Shown piece by piece: positions 48,041 through 57,805 of a stretch of DNA of 64,000 nt. Below the pieces are notes generated by a model. It was not told the origin of the DNA. It did not search any database and worked only from the letters and a program-made list of their open reading frames with translations. Made by a program: the position numbers and the translations under genes. This DNA is from an uncultured delta proteobacterium. Lineage in GTDB: Bacteria > Myxococcota_A > Polyangia > Polyangiales > Polyangiaceae. The stretch lies in NCBI GenBank assembly GCA_963806225.1, contig CAWDXG010000004.1, positions 5,536,001 through 5,600,000 on the forward strand, read 5' to 3'. How positions within the stretch are numbered: the first letter of the stretch is position 1; each line of letters begins with the position of its first letter.

Positions 48041-49222
48041 TCAGTCGCGCTCGAGTTGTGCGGAGCGCTCGTCGGCGTGCGCCGGTGCGAGCAGGCCGGC
48101 GAGCACGTGACCCGCGTCGGCGTCCGTGTCGGCCTGCACGCCCATCATCTGCCGCAGCGTTGGCGCGATGTCCGCAAGGTGCCGCGGCTCGGGGGCGCTG
48201 ACCAGCCCGTGCGCCCGGATCAGCGAACCTCCGGCTACCAACCACGTGCGCATGGCCGAAGCCACGCCGCCGTGATTCCGGCATTCAGGATCGCGGCCAT
48301 GATCCGCCGTGACGAAGAAAGCCGTCTCCCATCCCTGCTCGTGGAGCGACGCCAGCGTTCGGGCGACCTTTCCGACCACCTTGTCGGCTCGTTGCAGGGC
48401 ACCCAGGTAGTCCTTGTAGTCGTTTCTGTGGCCCCACTCGTCCGTGTCGCCGAGCCCGATGAACAGGAATCGCGGGTGCCGGGCGCGCAGGTAGTGGAGC
48501 GCGATGGCCGCCGTATTTCGATCCGGCCGATAGTCGTCGGAGCCCGGAAGCGGACCTGCGCGCCTGCCGTCCGACAGCAGCTTCTCCGCCTTGGCGTCGA
48601 AACGCAGCTGGTCGAGATGGTTTCCGGTGATGCGACCGGCCGACATCACTATGCGCGACGGCTCTTCTGCCGCAGCGTGTGCGATGCCTGACCACGACGC
48701 GATCACGGCGACGTCCCCGATCGACGAAGCAGGTTGGGCCGCGATCTGGTCGATCACCGTGGTCCGATCGATGCGCGGACAAGCATTGGTGGAACAGCCG
48801 GTTGTCCGCCGGCCGCTTGCGATCTCCATGTATCCCGGGAGCGACTTCACAGCGTGATCGCTCGCGGAGATCGGCTCGCCGTGTCCCGGCGCCCCGAGCG
48901 CGGCGCCCGCGCCCGCGGCCAGTGCGTGGAGCTCCGGCACCAGCTTCGCCGGTCCCACTAGCTGCGAGGCGGCCATGCCGTGCTCGCGTGCGAGGCGGCG
49001 ATCGACGCCCTGGAATACCTCCTGCCACCGCACCCCGTCGATCGTGATGAGCACGACGCTCTGTCGCGCCGGGCGGCTCGCTGCTGGTGGCTTCGCCCGT
49101 ACGGGAGTCGGGAGGGCGAGGTGCGGAGGTTCGACCGGGCTGTCCAGGCGCAGGGCCGGCTCCTGTCCGGCACAGCCGAACAGCACGAACACAAGCACCG
49201 GGAACAGACGTAGATTCACCAT
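48041..49222 (-). CDS. Alkaline-phosphatase-superfamily lipoprotein (phosphoglyceromutase-like)
   Basis: VLITIDGVRWQE, SLPGY, GDTDEWGH, TADHGR; lipobox LFGC. Confidence 0.8.
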   Translation of the reverse strand: MVNLRLFPVLVFVLFGCAGQEPALRLDSPVEPPHLALPTPVRAKPPAASRPARQSVVLITIDGVRWQEVFQGVDRRLAREHGMAASQLVGPAKLVPELHALAAGAGAALGAPGHGEPISASDHAVKSLPGYMEIASGRRTTGCSTNACPRIDRTTVIDQIAAQPASSIGDVAVIASWSGIAHAAAEEPSRIVMSAGRITGNHLDQLRFDAKAEKLLSDGRRAGPLPGSDDYRPDRNTAAIALHYLRARHPRFLFIGLGDTDEWGHRNDYKDYLGALQRADKVVGKVARTLASLHEQGWETAFFVTADHGRDPECRNHGGVASAMRTWLVAGGSLIRAHGLVSAPEPRHLADIAPTLRQMMGVQADTDADAGHVLAGLLAPAHADERSAQLERD

Positions 49223-49420
49223 TCGATCGAGAAGAACGAACCTCGAGCCCCCCAGTATGATGTCGGACGTCGCCGCGGGGCGAAGCTAGCCCGCCGAAGC
49301 ACGGCAACATGGAAAAACGTAGCACGAACAGGCTCTTTCGCAAGTTCGTGGCTGGCAGCGCCCGGCCTTGTCGGCGAGCCTGCCGGTGCCGTGCTGGAAC
49401 CGTGTGCTAACACGCCGCCG

Positions 49421-50617
49421 ATGACGGAGCGCCTCTACTACGACGACCCGTTCCTGCTTGAGTTCGACGCGCACGTTACGGCGCGGGGTGAACTTGCCGG
49501 AAGGCAATCGCTGGTGCTCGACCGGACCGCGTTCTACCCCGAGTCCGGCGGGCAGATGGCCGACCGCGGGCAGCTGGGCGACGCGCGGGTGATCGACGTG
49601 CAGGTCGACGCGGCTGGCGTCGTGCACCATCTGCTTGAAGGCGAGCTGCCGGAACCGGGCACGAGCGTGCACGGCAGCATCGACCGCGCGCGGCGGCGGG
49701 TCCACATGGCCCTGCACACCGGCCAGCACATGCTCTCCCGCGCGCTGGTCGACGTGGCGCACGGCGAAACCGTGTCGTCGCGCCTGGGCGAGACCAGTTG
49801 CACTATCGACGTGGACGCCCGCGAGATCGGCGAGCAGACACTTGTCCGGATCGAGGATCTGGTCAATTCGATCATCGACGACGACGTTGCGGTGCGCGCC
49901 TGGTTTCCAGAGGCGGACGAGCTGTCGTCGCTCGAGCTCCGGCGCACGCCCAAGGTCGAGGACCACATCCGCGTCGTGCGCATCGGCGATTTCGACCTCA
50001 CGCCGTGCGGGGGGACGCACTGCACCCGGAGCGCGCAGGTGGGCCTGCTTCGCATTACCGGAGTCGAACGCTACAAGGGCGGCACGCGTCTGGGCTTCGC
50101 TGCCGGGCGCCGTGCGCGCGAGCTGCTGGGCGGCGAGTCGGAAGTGTTGCGCGAGCTCGGCCGCGCATTCACGTGCGGCCCGCAGGAAGTGCCAGCCGCC
50201 GTGGACAAGCTTCGACGTCAGCTCGGCGAGGCGCGCGAGTCGCTGGGTCTGGTTCGCACGCGGCTCGCCGAACAGACGGCGGCCGGCCTTCTGGCGCGCG
50301 CCGCAGAGAGCGGTGAGCGTCACTTCGTGGTCCAGCTTGAAGGTGCGCCTGCGGAGTTGCTGCGTGCGGTCGGCTCGCGGCTGACCGCTCTGTCCGATGC
50401 GGTGGCGCTCCTGGCGGGAGGCACCTCGGAGGGCACGCCCGTGCTCGCCGTGCGCGGCAGCGACAGCGATTTCGACTGCGGGGGGTTCATCAAGCGCGCC
50501 GCGACGGCAAGTGGCGGCCGTGGCGGTGGTCGGCCCGAGCGTGCCGAAGGGCGCCTACCGCCGGGTGTCGACTGGCCGGCGCTCGTTTCCCGGTTGCTCG
50601 AGCACCTCGATTCCTGA
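49421..50617 (+). CDS. Alanyl-tRNA editing protein (AlaX-type) with DHHA1 domain
   Basis: TERLYY.D, TAFYPESGGQ, HTGQH, CGGTH, GGRGGG. Confidence 0.9.
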   Translation: MTERLYYDDPFLLEFDAHVTARGELAGRQSLVLDRTAFYPESGGQMADRGQLGDARVIDVQVDAAGVVHHLLEGELPEPGTSVHGSIDRARRRVHMALHTGQHMLSRALVDVAHGETVSSRLGETSCTIDVDAREIGEQTLVRIEDLVNSIIDDDVAVRAWFPEADELSSLELRRTPKVEDHIRVVRIGDFDLTPCGGTHCTRSAQVGLLRITGVERYKGGTRLGFAAGRRARELLGGESEVLRELGRAFTCGPQEVPAAVDKLRRQLGEARESLGLVRTRLAEQTAAGLLARAAESGERHFVVQLEGAPAELLRAVGSRLTALSDAVALLAGGTSEGTPVLAVRGSDSDFDCGGFIKRAATASGGRGGGRPERAEGRLPPGVDWPALVSRLLEHLDS

Positions 50618-50819
50618 GCGGCGCGAGGCGCGCTGATCGGCGAGTGGGTGCGGCTGTGCCACTCCGGACCACAATGCACTCCGATGTCGTGAACACTGCG
50701 CGCGTGCCTCGCATCTAGTGTGCTGCATCAGGGCAGCTCTCGTGGGTTTACGAGGGCGGCCCAGGACTATGTGGAGGGCGGCACCGGGCTTTGGCCCGGG
50801 CGGTCGTATGGGTGTGTGC

Positions 50820-52961
50820 ATGCTTGAAAAGAGCGGGCGGCTTGTCGGTGTAGCGGCGTTGATCTGGCTCGTCGGTTGCAGCGGCGGCAATTCGAGAGGG
50901 GCGGCGCGCAGCGACGCGGGAACGACCGGCGGGGCCGCCGGTTTCACTGCAGGCGGCAGCGGGGGCAGCGGCGCTTCCGGTGGCACGGGCAACACCGGTG
51001 GTAGCGGGGCTGCCGGATCCGGTGGCAGCAGCGCTTCCGGTGGCACGGGCAACGCCGGCGGCAGCGGCGCTTCCGGTGGCACAGGCAACACCGGTGGCAG
51101 CGGTGGCACGACGAGCTGCGCCCACGGCGTATGCACCCAGGGTGTTGCGCTCGCCAACGGCTGCGATGCGTGCGTCGGCAAGGTGTGCGCCTCCGACAGC
51201 TTCTGCTGCAGCGGCGGCTGGGACGGTCTCTGCATCCAGGACGCTTCGCAGCTCTGCAACGGCATCTGCGGAACGGGTGGCTTCGGAGGCAGCGGCGGCT
51301 TCGGAGGCAGCGGCGGCTTCGGAGGCAGCGGCGGCTTCGGAGGCAGCGGCGGCTTCGGAGGCAGCGGCGGGTCCGGAGGTGGCGGTCCGTGCAGCCAGGC
51401 CACCTGCTATCAGGGCTGCTGCGACGCGGCAGGCAAATGCGTCACGCCCTCCAACGCCGCCTGCGGCTACCACGGTGCGGCGTGCCTCGACTGCACCAAG
51501 AGCGGCAGCGTGTGCAATGGCTCGAGCTGCGCCGAGTGCAAGCCGGACTGCGGCGGCAAGCAATGCGGCGATCCGGACGGCTGCGGCGGATCGTGCAAGG
51601 CCGACTGTCCTGCCGGACAGTTCTGTGCCGTGGGCTTTTCGGGTCTACCCGCGAAGTGCGAGAAGTGCGGTCCTTCGACCTGCCCGAACGGCTGCTGCAC
51701 CGCCGACGGCCAGTGCGTGAGCGGTGGCAAGCGGCACGAGTGCGGCAGCGGTGGCAAGGCGTGCACCGACTGCGGCGCGCAGGCCTGCAACTCGCAGGGC
51801 TACGGCTACCCGCCGAAGTACGCCTGCGGCGCCTGTGGTGCGAGCTGCGACCCGTATCCCGATCCGCAGTACCCGATGTGCCAGTCCGACGGATGCGGAA
51901 ATATCTGTCCGGGCTCGGGCTGCGACCAGAGCTACGGCTCCGAGGAGTGCCAGGTCGGAAGCGACGGTTACGCACAGTGCGTGCCGACCGACTTCTGCGA
52001 TCCGAGCATGTGCGCCAGCGGTTGCTGCGACTACTCGAGCGGCTGGAACGGCAAGTGCGTGAAAGGCAATCTGCCGAGCACCTGCGGTACCAATGGCATC
52101 CAATGCGTAGACTGCGTCGCCAAGGGCGGAAGCTGCGACGTGAACACCCAGACCTGCACCAACTGCACGCCCGACTGCTCGAGCAAGTACTCCTGCGGAC
52201 AGGGCGACGGCTGCGGAGGTATCTGCACCGGCCTGACCGGCGGCCAGTGTGGCAGCCAGCCGGGGACCGTGTGCAGCGATCAGGGCACGTGTGTGTGTCC
52301 GACGGCTGGCGCACTGTCCTGCTACGACCAGACCGCGAAGAAGTATGACTGCCGCGACACCCTTTTTGATCCGGACAACTGCGGTGGCTGCGACGTCAAG
52401 TGCCCTGCCGGTTCGGCCTGTGTGAACGGGACGTGCGATTGCCCGGCGGGCTCGCTGTTCTGCAAGTCCGGCACCGCCGGGCAGGCCGGGACCTGCACCA
52501 ACCTGGCGACCGATCCGGACAACTGCGGCCTATGCGGGAACAAGTGCCCCGGCACGACTTGCACCGATGGCAAGTGCGCTGCCTGTCCGTCCGGTACACA
52601 GAAGTGCGGCTACCAGAACCCGGTCTGTGCCGATCTACAGACGGACGCGAACAACTGCGGTCAGTGCAACAACGTGTGCCCCAGCGGCATCAGCTGCGTC
52701 GCGGGCAAGTGCCAGTGCCCCACGGGGCAGACTTCCTGCAGCGCGAAGTGCACCGACACCGACACCGATGCCCAAAACTGCGGTAGTTGCGGCGTGAAGT
52801 GCCCGACCGGCGTCGCGTGCAGCGGCGGGAAATGCCAATGCCCGGCGGGGACCACGTTCTGCAATGGCGCGTGCACGAACACCGACGTGGACCCGGACAA
52901 CTGCGGGGGCTGCAACGTGATCTGCCCGAACTACTACTGCAGCGGTGGAAAGTGCGGCTAG
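50820..52961 (+). CDS. Very Cys-rich lipoprotein with Gly-rich linkers and five DxxNCGxC (Stig1-like) repeats
   Basis: Lipobox LVGC; DSFCCSGGWDGLC; DPDGCGGSC-type repeats; DPDNCG, DANNCG, DAQNCG repeats. Confidence 0.8.
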   Translation: MLEKSGRLVGVAALIWLVGCSGGNSRGAARSDAGTTGGAAGFTAGGSGGSGASGGTGNTGGSGAAGSGGSSASGGTGNAGGSGASGGTGNTGGSGGTTSCAHGVCTQGVALANGCDACVGKVCASDSFCCSGGWDGLCIQDASQLCNGICGTGGFGGSGGFGGSGGFGGSGGFGGSGGFGGSGGSGGGGPCSQATCYQGCCDAAGKCVTPSNAACGYHGAACLDCTKSGSVCNGSSCAECKPDCGGKQCGDPDGCGGSCKADCPAGQFCAVGFSGLPAKCEKCGPSTCPNGCCTADGQCVSGGKRHECGSGGKACTDCGAQACNSQGYGYPPKYACGACGASCDPYPDPQYPMCQSDGCGNICPGSGCDQSYGSEECQVGSDGYAQCVPTDFCDPSMCASGCCDYSSGWNGKCVKGNLPSTCGTNGIQCVDCVAKGGSCDVNTQTCTNCTPDCSSKYSCGQGDGCGGICTGLTGGQCGSQPGTVCSDQGTCVCPTAGALSCYDQTAKKYDCRDTLFDPDNCGGCDVKCPAGSACVNGTCDCPAGSLFCKSGTAGQAGTCTNLATDPDNCGLCGNKCPGTTCTDGKCAACPSGTQKCGYQNPVCADLQTDANNCGQCNNVCPSGISCVAGKCQCPTGQTSCSAKCTDTDTDAQNCGSCGVKCPTGVACSGGKCQCPAGTTFCNGACTNTDVDPDNCGGCNVICPNYYCSGGKCG
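51277..51369 (+). repeat. Coding tandem repeat, 18 bp x about 5 (GGFGGS)
   Basis: ggcttcggaggcagcggc repeated five times. Confidence 0.9.
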
Positions 52962-52977
52962 CCGGCGACGGACGGCG

Positions 52978-53023
52978 GCGCGGCGCCCTGGGACTCCCGG
53001 TGCGCCGCGCGCGGTTCTTCTTT
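52978..53023 (+). terminator. Candidate intrinsic terminator between convergent genes
   Basis: Stem GCGCGGCGC...GCGCCGCGC followed by TTCTTCTTT. Confidence 0.4.
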
Positions 53024-53056
53024 CCCTCTACTTCGTGTTCGCGACGCTGGTGACGG

Positions 53057-53977
53057 TCAGCCTCTCGTTTGCTCGAGCGCGCGGTCCAGCTCGGCCCACG
53101 TGATCACCCGGTCGAGCCGCGGATGCTCGATAGCCAGATCCCGCGCGTGGCGGCCACCGACCCATACCCGGACACCTTCGGGCAGCTCCCCGAGTATCTT
53201 GCGCAGGTACTCCGCCGTGGTGGCGGGATCCGACGCGGCCGACACCGAGATCCCGACGACGGCAGCGCCGAGCGCGCGCGCGGCTTCGACGATCTGCCCC
53301 GGCGGCGTATCCACGCCGAGCAGGCGCGGGACGGCGCCGTGCACCGCCAGGTAGAGCGCGACCATCTCGATGCCGAGCCCGTGCTGTTCACCCGGCAGTG
53401 TGGTCAGGAGGACCGGTGCGCCGCTTGCGGTCTCCTCGTAGGCGGAGAGCAGCAGCCTGAGCTGTGTCGACAGCGCGGCGGTGAGCAGGTGCTCGTGGCG
53501 CACGTCGAGCTGCCCGCGCTCCCAGGCTTTTCCCACTCCTTCCACCAGCGGATCGGCGACTTCCATCAGGAACCGGTGCGCCCCGAGCGTGGCGACGGCT
53601 TGTTTGAGCTCCGCGCGCAGTGCGTCGGCATCGTCGCGAGCGAGCGTGTCGAGCAGCGACTCTACGGTTGGCGCGCCGGGGTCCGCATCGAAGCGCGGCT
53701 TTGCCGAGGTCCGGAGCAGACCCTTCAGCTCCCCGGGCGCGCGGTGGATGACTTCCCCGGCCCGGAAGCCGGCCTTGAGCGCACGCGACACGAGCACGAG
53801 ACGTTCGATCTCGCCGTCCGAGTACACCCGGATGCCCGAGTCGTTGCGCGCAGGTGACGGAAAGCCGTAGCGCCGCTCCCACATGCGCAACGTGTCCGAC
53901 GAGATGCCGGTCAGGCGTGATGCGACGCGGATGGAATAGCCGCTCCCGGTTGGCTTGGTGGGTGACGGCGGATCCAT
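53057..53977 (-). CDS. MerR-HTH plus cobalamin-binding regulator (CarH/LitR family)
   Basis: TLRMWERRYG..P.R; W-x9-EH (WERGQLDVRHEH); EQHGLG...GISVS...VGG B12-binding motif. Confidence 0.9.
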   Translation of the reverse strand: MDPPSPTKPTGSGYSIRVASRLTGISSDTLRMWERRYGFPSPARNDSGIRVYSDGEIERLVLVSRALKAGFRAGEVIHRAPGELKGLLRTSAKPRFDADPGAPTVESLLDTLARDDADALRAELKQAVATLGAHRFLMEVADPLVEGVGKAWERGQLDVRHEHLLTAALSTQLRLLLSAYEETASGAPVLLTTLPGEQHGLGIEMVALYLAVHGAVPRLLGVDTPPGQIVEAARALGAAVVGISVSAASDPATTAEYLRKILGELPEGVRVWVGGRHARDLAIEHPRLDRVITWAELDRALEQTRG

Positions 53978-53983
53978 GCTTCC

Positions 53984-54011
53984 CGCATAGTCCTGGACAT
54001 ATCCTTGTCAA
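53984..54011 (-). promoter_or_regulatory. Candidate sigma70-type promoter and overlapping operator for the CarH-like gene
   Basis: Minus strand TTGACA-16 nt-TATGCG-6 nt-ATG; imperfect inverted repeat TTGACA-N6-TGTCCA. Confidence 0.55.
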
Positions 54012-54160
54012 CCGTACACCGACGCTCGCGAGCGGGAGCCGGCGCGGGTCGCAGGCACGCTGGCGCGGCGCACTATGTGGTACGAGGTAGGTTCGCGATG
54101 TACTCGGAATCGCCCGGTATTTCGTTGACGCGGTGGCGCGGCCGGGCGCATCTTGGGCGC

Positions 54161-55255
54161 GTGCGGAAGCGTCCGACCGCCATCGCTGTTCCGCTGGTGT
54201 TTTCGCTGGCGTTGGCGGCGTGCGGCTCCAGTGGCGAGAGCGCTCCGGGCTTTTCGCAGGCGGCAGGGGGAGCCGGGGCCGAAGCCGGCCCGGATGGGGT
54301 CGCTGCCGGAGGGAGTGGCGGTTCGGCGGTGGTCGACGCGGGGAGCGAGGAGCAGGAAGCCGCGCCGGCCAAGCTCGGTCCTCCCTATCCGATCGTGCTT
54401 TCGCACGGCTTCTTCGGCTTCAACAAGTTCGCCGGGCTCGATTTCGCCACCTACTTCTACCAGGTCAAGGACTACCTCGCGCAGCATGGCGAGACGCAGG
54501 TGTACACGCCGGCGGTTGATCCGTTCAACGACTCGACCTACCGCGGAGCGCAGCTGGCCGACGACATCCAGCAGATCCTCGAGCAGACGGGCTACGCGAA
54601 GGTCAACATCATCGGTCACTCACAGGGCGGCCTCGACGCCCGCGTCGTCGCGCACGACCACCCCGATTGGGTTGCGAGCGTGGTCACCTACGCAACGCCG
54701 AACGAGGGGACGAAGGTCGCCGATGTCGTCCTCAAGCTGATTTCAGACCCCAATGCCCAGGCGATCCTCGATGCGCTGGTGAAGGTGGTGGGTGCACCGC
54801 TGTACGATCAGGTCGGCAACCAGACCTCACTGTCCAAGCCCATGAAGCTGTTCAGTCAGAGTGGCATCGCGGCGTTCAACAAGGCGTATCCGGATGCTCC
54901 CGGCGTTTCGTACTATTCGATCGCAGGTCGCACCGATCTTTCGCTCGGTGGGAGCGACTGCGATGTGCCGGATGCGCCGGCCTTCATCACCGACTTTGCC
55001 AAGACCCGCGATCCGGTGGATGTGCTGCTCAAGCCCACCAACACGCTGCTCGATGAGGGGCTATCCCAGGTGCCGAACGACGGGCTGGTCCAGGTGAAGA
55101 GCGCCCGCTGGGGGACGTTCCTGGGTTGCGTCCCCGCTGACCATCTCGACGAGATCGGGCAGCTTTTCGGCGACAATCCCGGCCTTGGCAACGACTGGCG
55201 GCACAAGGAGTTCTTCCTGGCGCTGATCCAGTACCTCCGGGCGCAGGGGTTCTGA
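54161..55255 (+). CDS. Triacylglycerol lipase family alpha/beta-hydrolase lipoprotein
   Basis: YPIVLSHGFFG, KVNIIGHSQGG, NDGLV, DHLDEIG; lipobox LAAC. Confidence 0.9.
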   Translation: MRKRPTAIAVPLVFSLALAACGSSGESAPGFSQAAGGAGAEAGPDGVAAGGSGGSAVVDAGSEEQEAAPAKLGPPYPIVLSHGFFGFNKFAGLDFATYFYQVKDYLAQHGETQVYTPAVDPFNDSTYRGAQLADDIQQILEQTGYAKVNIIGHSQGGLDARVVAHDHPDWVASVVTYATPNEGTKVADVVLKLISDPNAQAILDALVKVVGAPLYDQVGNQTSLSKPMKLFSQSGIAAFNKAYPDAPGVSYYSIAGRTDLSLGGSDCDVPDAPAFITDFAKTRDPVDVLLKPTNTLLDEGLSQVPNDGLVQVKSARWGTFLGCVPADHLDEIGQLFGDNPGLGNDWRHKEFFLALIQYLRAQGF

Positions 55256-55353
55256 ACCGCGGGCCGGTCGCGGCGTGGTACCCTCGTTTTCCGCGCGTCC
55301 GGGCACAAGCCGGAGCCTCCCGACGGCGGAGCTGATACACTGGATTGCTGCTT

Positions 55354-56943
55354 ATGACCGCCTCTTTCACGCCGGGCGCGGACAAGCTAGGGCGGCGGGG
55401 CGACATCGCTCCGGGAACCGTGGTGGGGCAGTACGCGATCAAGCGGCGGATCGGGGCCGGCGGCATGGCCGAGGTGTACGAGGCGCTGCACTCCGGCCTG
55501 AACAAGCGAGTGGCAATCAAGACGCTGCGCCGCGAATACGCCGACAACGGTACGCTGGTCAGCCGCTTTCTGCGCGAAGCCCAGGTCGCCTCCAGCTTCC
55601 GGCACCCGCACATCGTCGACGTGACCAACGTCGGCATGATCGACGAGCTGCCCTGCCTGGTGATGGAGTACCTGGAGGGCGAGACCCTGCACGCGATGCT
55701 CAAGCGGCGGGAGTCGTTGTCGATCACCGAGATCGTTGATCTCATGCTGCCGGTCGTCGCCGCTGTCAGCACGGCGCACTCCAAGGGCGTAGTGCACCGC
55801 GACCTCAAGCCGGCCAATATCTTCATCACGACCGGCTGGACCGGCGGGCTGCATCCGAAGGTGCTCGACTTCGGGATCTCGAAGGTGCTGGCGGACGAGG
55901 AGCCCTCCGCGTTGACCACGGACTCGACGTTCCTGGGCTCGCCGCACTACGTCTCGCCCGAACAGGCGCGGGGCGAGCGGGAAATCGACGGGCGCGCCGA
56001 CCAGTATTCGATCGGCGTCATGCTGTACGAAGCCGTGTGTGGCGTACGGCCTTTTGCCCATCGTGCACAGACCTTCATGTCGTTGATGTACGCCATTGCC
56101 CAGGGCGACTTCATGCCTCCCCGCGCGCACCGACCGGATCTGCCGCCGGCATTCGAGACGATCATCCTCAAGGCGATGGCGCGCGATGTCAGCAGCCGCT
56201 TCCCCTCGCTCGGGGAGCTCGGTCGCGCCCTGTTGCCCTATGCTTCCGAACGCGCCCGCCTGCTTCAGGAGCCGGTGTTCAGCGGCATGGCCGCATCGGC
56301 GCTGTCGGCTCCCGACAACACAGTGGTCGAGGTGCCGCGCGTCCGCATGGAGGAGTCCCACGGCACCACGCTTGGGCGGAGCGTCAGCGAAATCGACCAC
56401 ATGCGGTCGATGCCGTCGCCGCGCCGCATCTCGCCGGTGGTGTGGATCGTCGGCGCGGGAGCCGTGGGGGCGCTTTGCCTCATGGGTTGGGGCGTGGAAC
56501 GCGCGATAGCGGCGCGCACGTCGGCGAAGGCCAGAGCCCGGGTCGCGCCCGCTGCACAGAAAGCGTCACCCCCACCCAAGCCCGTCGCCGCGCCGTCGGC
56601 ACAGCCGGCGCCGGCGCCGCCCGAGCCGGAAATCTTCGAGGCGGAGACCAGCGTCACGCCGAAGAACGCGACCATCGATGTCGACGGCACCAGGATGGGA
56701 ACGGGTTCCTTCTCGGAGGAGCTGCCCAAGGACGGGCGCTCGCACAAGCTCACGATCTCCGCGCCGGGTTACGATACCGTGGTGCTCGTGTTCCGCGATG
56801 CGCCGCCGCCGGCCAGCGTGGAGCTGGTGCCCACCAAGCGGGTGCACCACAGCGTGCATCGCGTGGTGCACGCCGCTCCGCACAAGAAGGCGGGCTCGGC
56901 CAGCTCGCCGCACACGGACAACCGCGATCCGTGGGCGCAATGA
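55354..56943 (+). CDS. Ser/Thr protein kinase with transmembrane helix and PEGA-like extracytoplasmic domain
   Basis: GAGGMA, HRDLKPAN, DFGISK, GSPHYVSPEQ; TM; P.NATIDVDG...HKLTISAPGY. Confidence 0.9.
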   Translation: MTASFTPGADKLGRRGDIAPGTVVGQYAIKRRIGAGGMAEVYEALHSGLNKRVAIKTLRREYADNGTLVSRFLREAQVASSFRHPHIVDVTNVGMIDELPCLVMEYLEGETLHAMLKRRESLSITEIVDLMLPVVAAVSTAHSKGVVHRDLKPANIFITTGWTGGLHPKVLDFGISKVLADEEPSALTTDSTFLGSPHYVSPEQARGEREIDGRADQYSIGVMLYEAVCGVRPFAHRAQTFMSLMYAIAQGDFMPPRAHRPDLPPAFETIILKAMARDVSSRFPSLGELGRALLPYASERARLLQEPVFSGMAASALSAPDNTVVEVPRVRMEESHGTTLGRSVSEIDHMRSMPSPRRISPVVWIVGAGAVGALCLMGWGVERAIAARTSAKARARVAPAAQKASPPPKPVAAPSAQPAPAPPEPEIFEAETSVTPKNATIDVDGTRMGTGSFSEELPKDGRSHKLTISAPGYDTVVLVFRDAPPPASVELVPTKRVHHSVHRVVHAAPHKKAGSASSPHTDNRDPWAQ

Positions 56944-56962
56944 GGGTATTGGCTCGGTGAGG

Positions 56963-57805
56963 ATGCGTCCGCGGATCCTGTCCCTGCTCGCGATCGGTTG
57001 CTCGCTCGCGCTCACCCCGACGGCGCACGCGCTGCCCAGCCCTCCCGGGAAGAAGGTCAGCAAGAAGGACGACGCGCACGCGCGCCGGCTCTACAAGACG
57101 GGCGATCGCGCCTACGCGGAAGGCCGTTACGAGGACGCGGTCGCCGCGTTCGAGAAGGCCTATGCGATGAGTGGGCGCTCGCTCCTCTTGTTCAACCTCG
57201 GCAACGCCTACGAGCGCTTGCAACGCTACCAGGACGCTGCCGAGGCGCTAGAACGCTACCTGCCCGACGCCAAGCCGAGCGAGCAGGACGCGATCGCGAA
57301 GCGCGTCGCGAACCTGAAGCAACGTGCCAAGCAGCAGCAGGAACAGAAGGAGCGTGAAGAGCGGGAAGCGCAGAAGCGCCGGGAAAAGGCCGCCAAGCCG
57401 CCGCCTCCGTCACCGCAGCCGCCGCGCGAGACGGGGTCTTCACCGACGCTCGGATACGTTCTGCTCGGCACGGGTGGTGCGGCGCTCGCCGTGGGTGGAG
57501 TGTTCGGTGCGCTGGCGCTCTCGGCGCGCCACGACGAGAATTCCGACTGCGCCGACAGCACCCTGGGGCGCTTCTGCACGACCACGGCGAATGCCGCCAT
57601 CAGCCGCGACCGGAACTACTCGCTGGTCGCGGACATCGGGTTCGGCGTGGGCATCGTGGCGGCGGGGGTGGGAGCCTACCTGGTGCTCACCTCGAACAGC
57701 GGGAAGGAAGACAAGGGCAGCCGGACGAGCACGGGCTTCACGAGCGCGCTCGGCGCAACAGCGCGACCGGGCGGAGGAGAGCTGGATCTTGTCGGGCGCT
57801 TCTGA
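56963..57805 (+). CDS. Secreted TPR protein with C-terminal hydrophobic hairpin
   Basis: Signal peptide; AYAEGRYEDA..AFEKAY; LLFNLGNAYE; ends in GRF. Confidence 0.8.
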   Translation: MRPRILSLLAIGCSLALTPTAHALPSPPGKKVSKKDDAHARRLYKTGDRAYAEGRYEDAVAAFEKAYAMSGRSLLLFNLGNAYERLQRYQDAAEALERYLPDAKPSEQDAIAKRVANLKQRAKQQQEQKEREEREAQKRREKAAKPPPPSPQPPRETGSSPTLGYVLLGTGGAALAVGGVFGALALSARHDENSDCADSTLGRFCTTTANAAISRDRNYSLVADIGFGVGIVAAGVGAYLVLTSNSGKEDKGSRTSTGFTSALGATARPGGGELDLVGRF

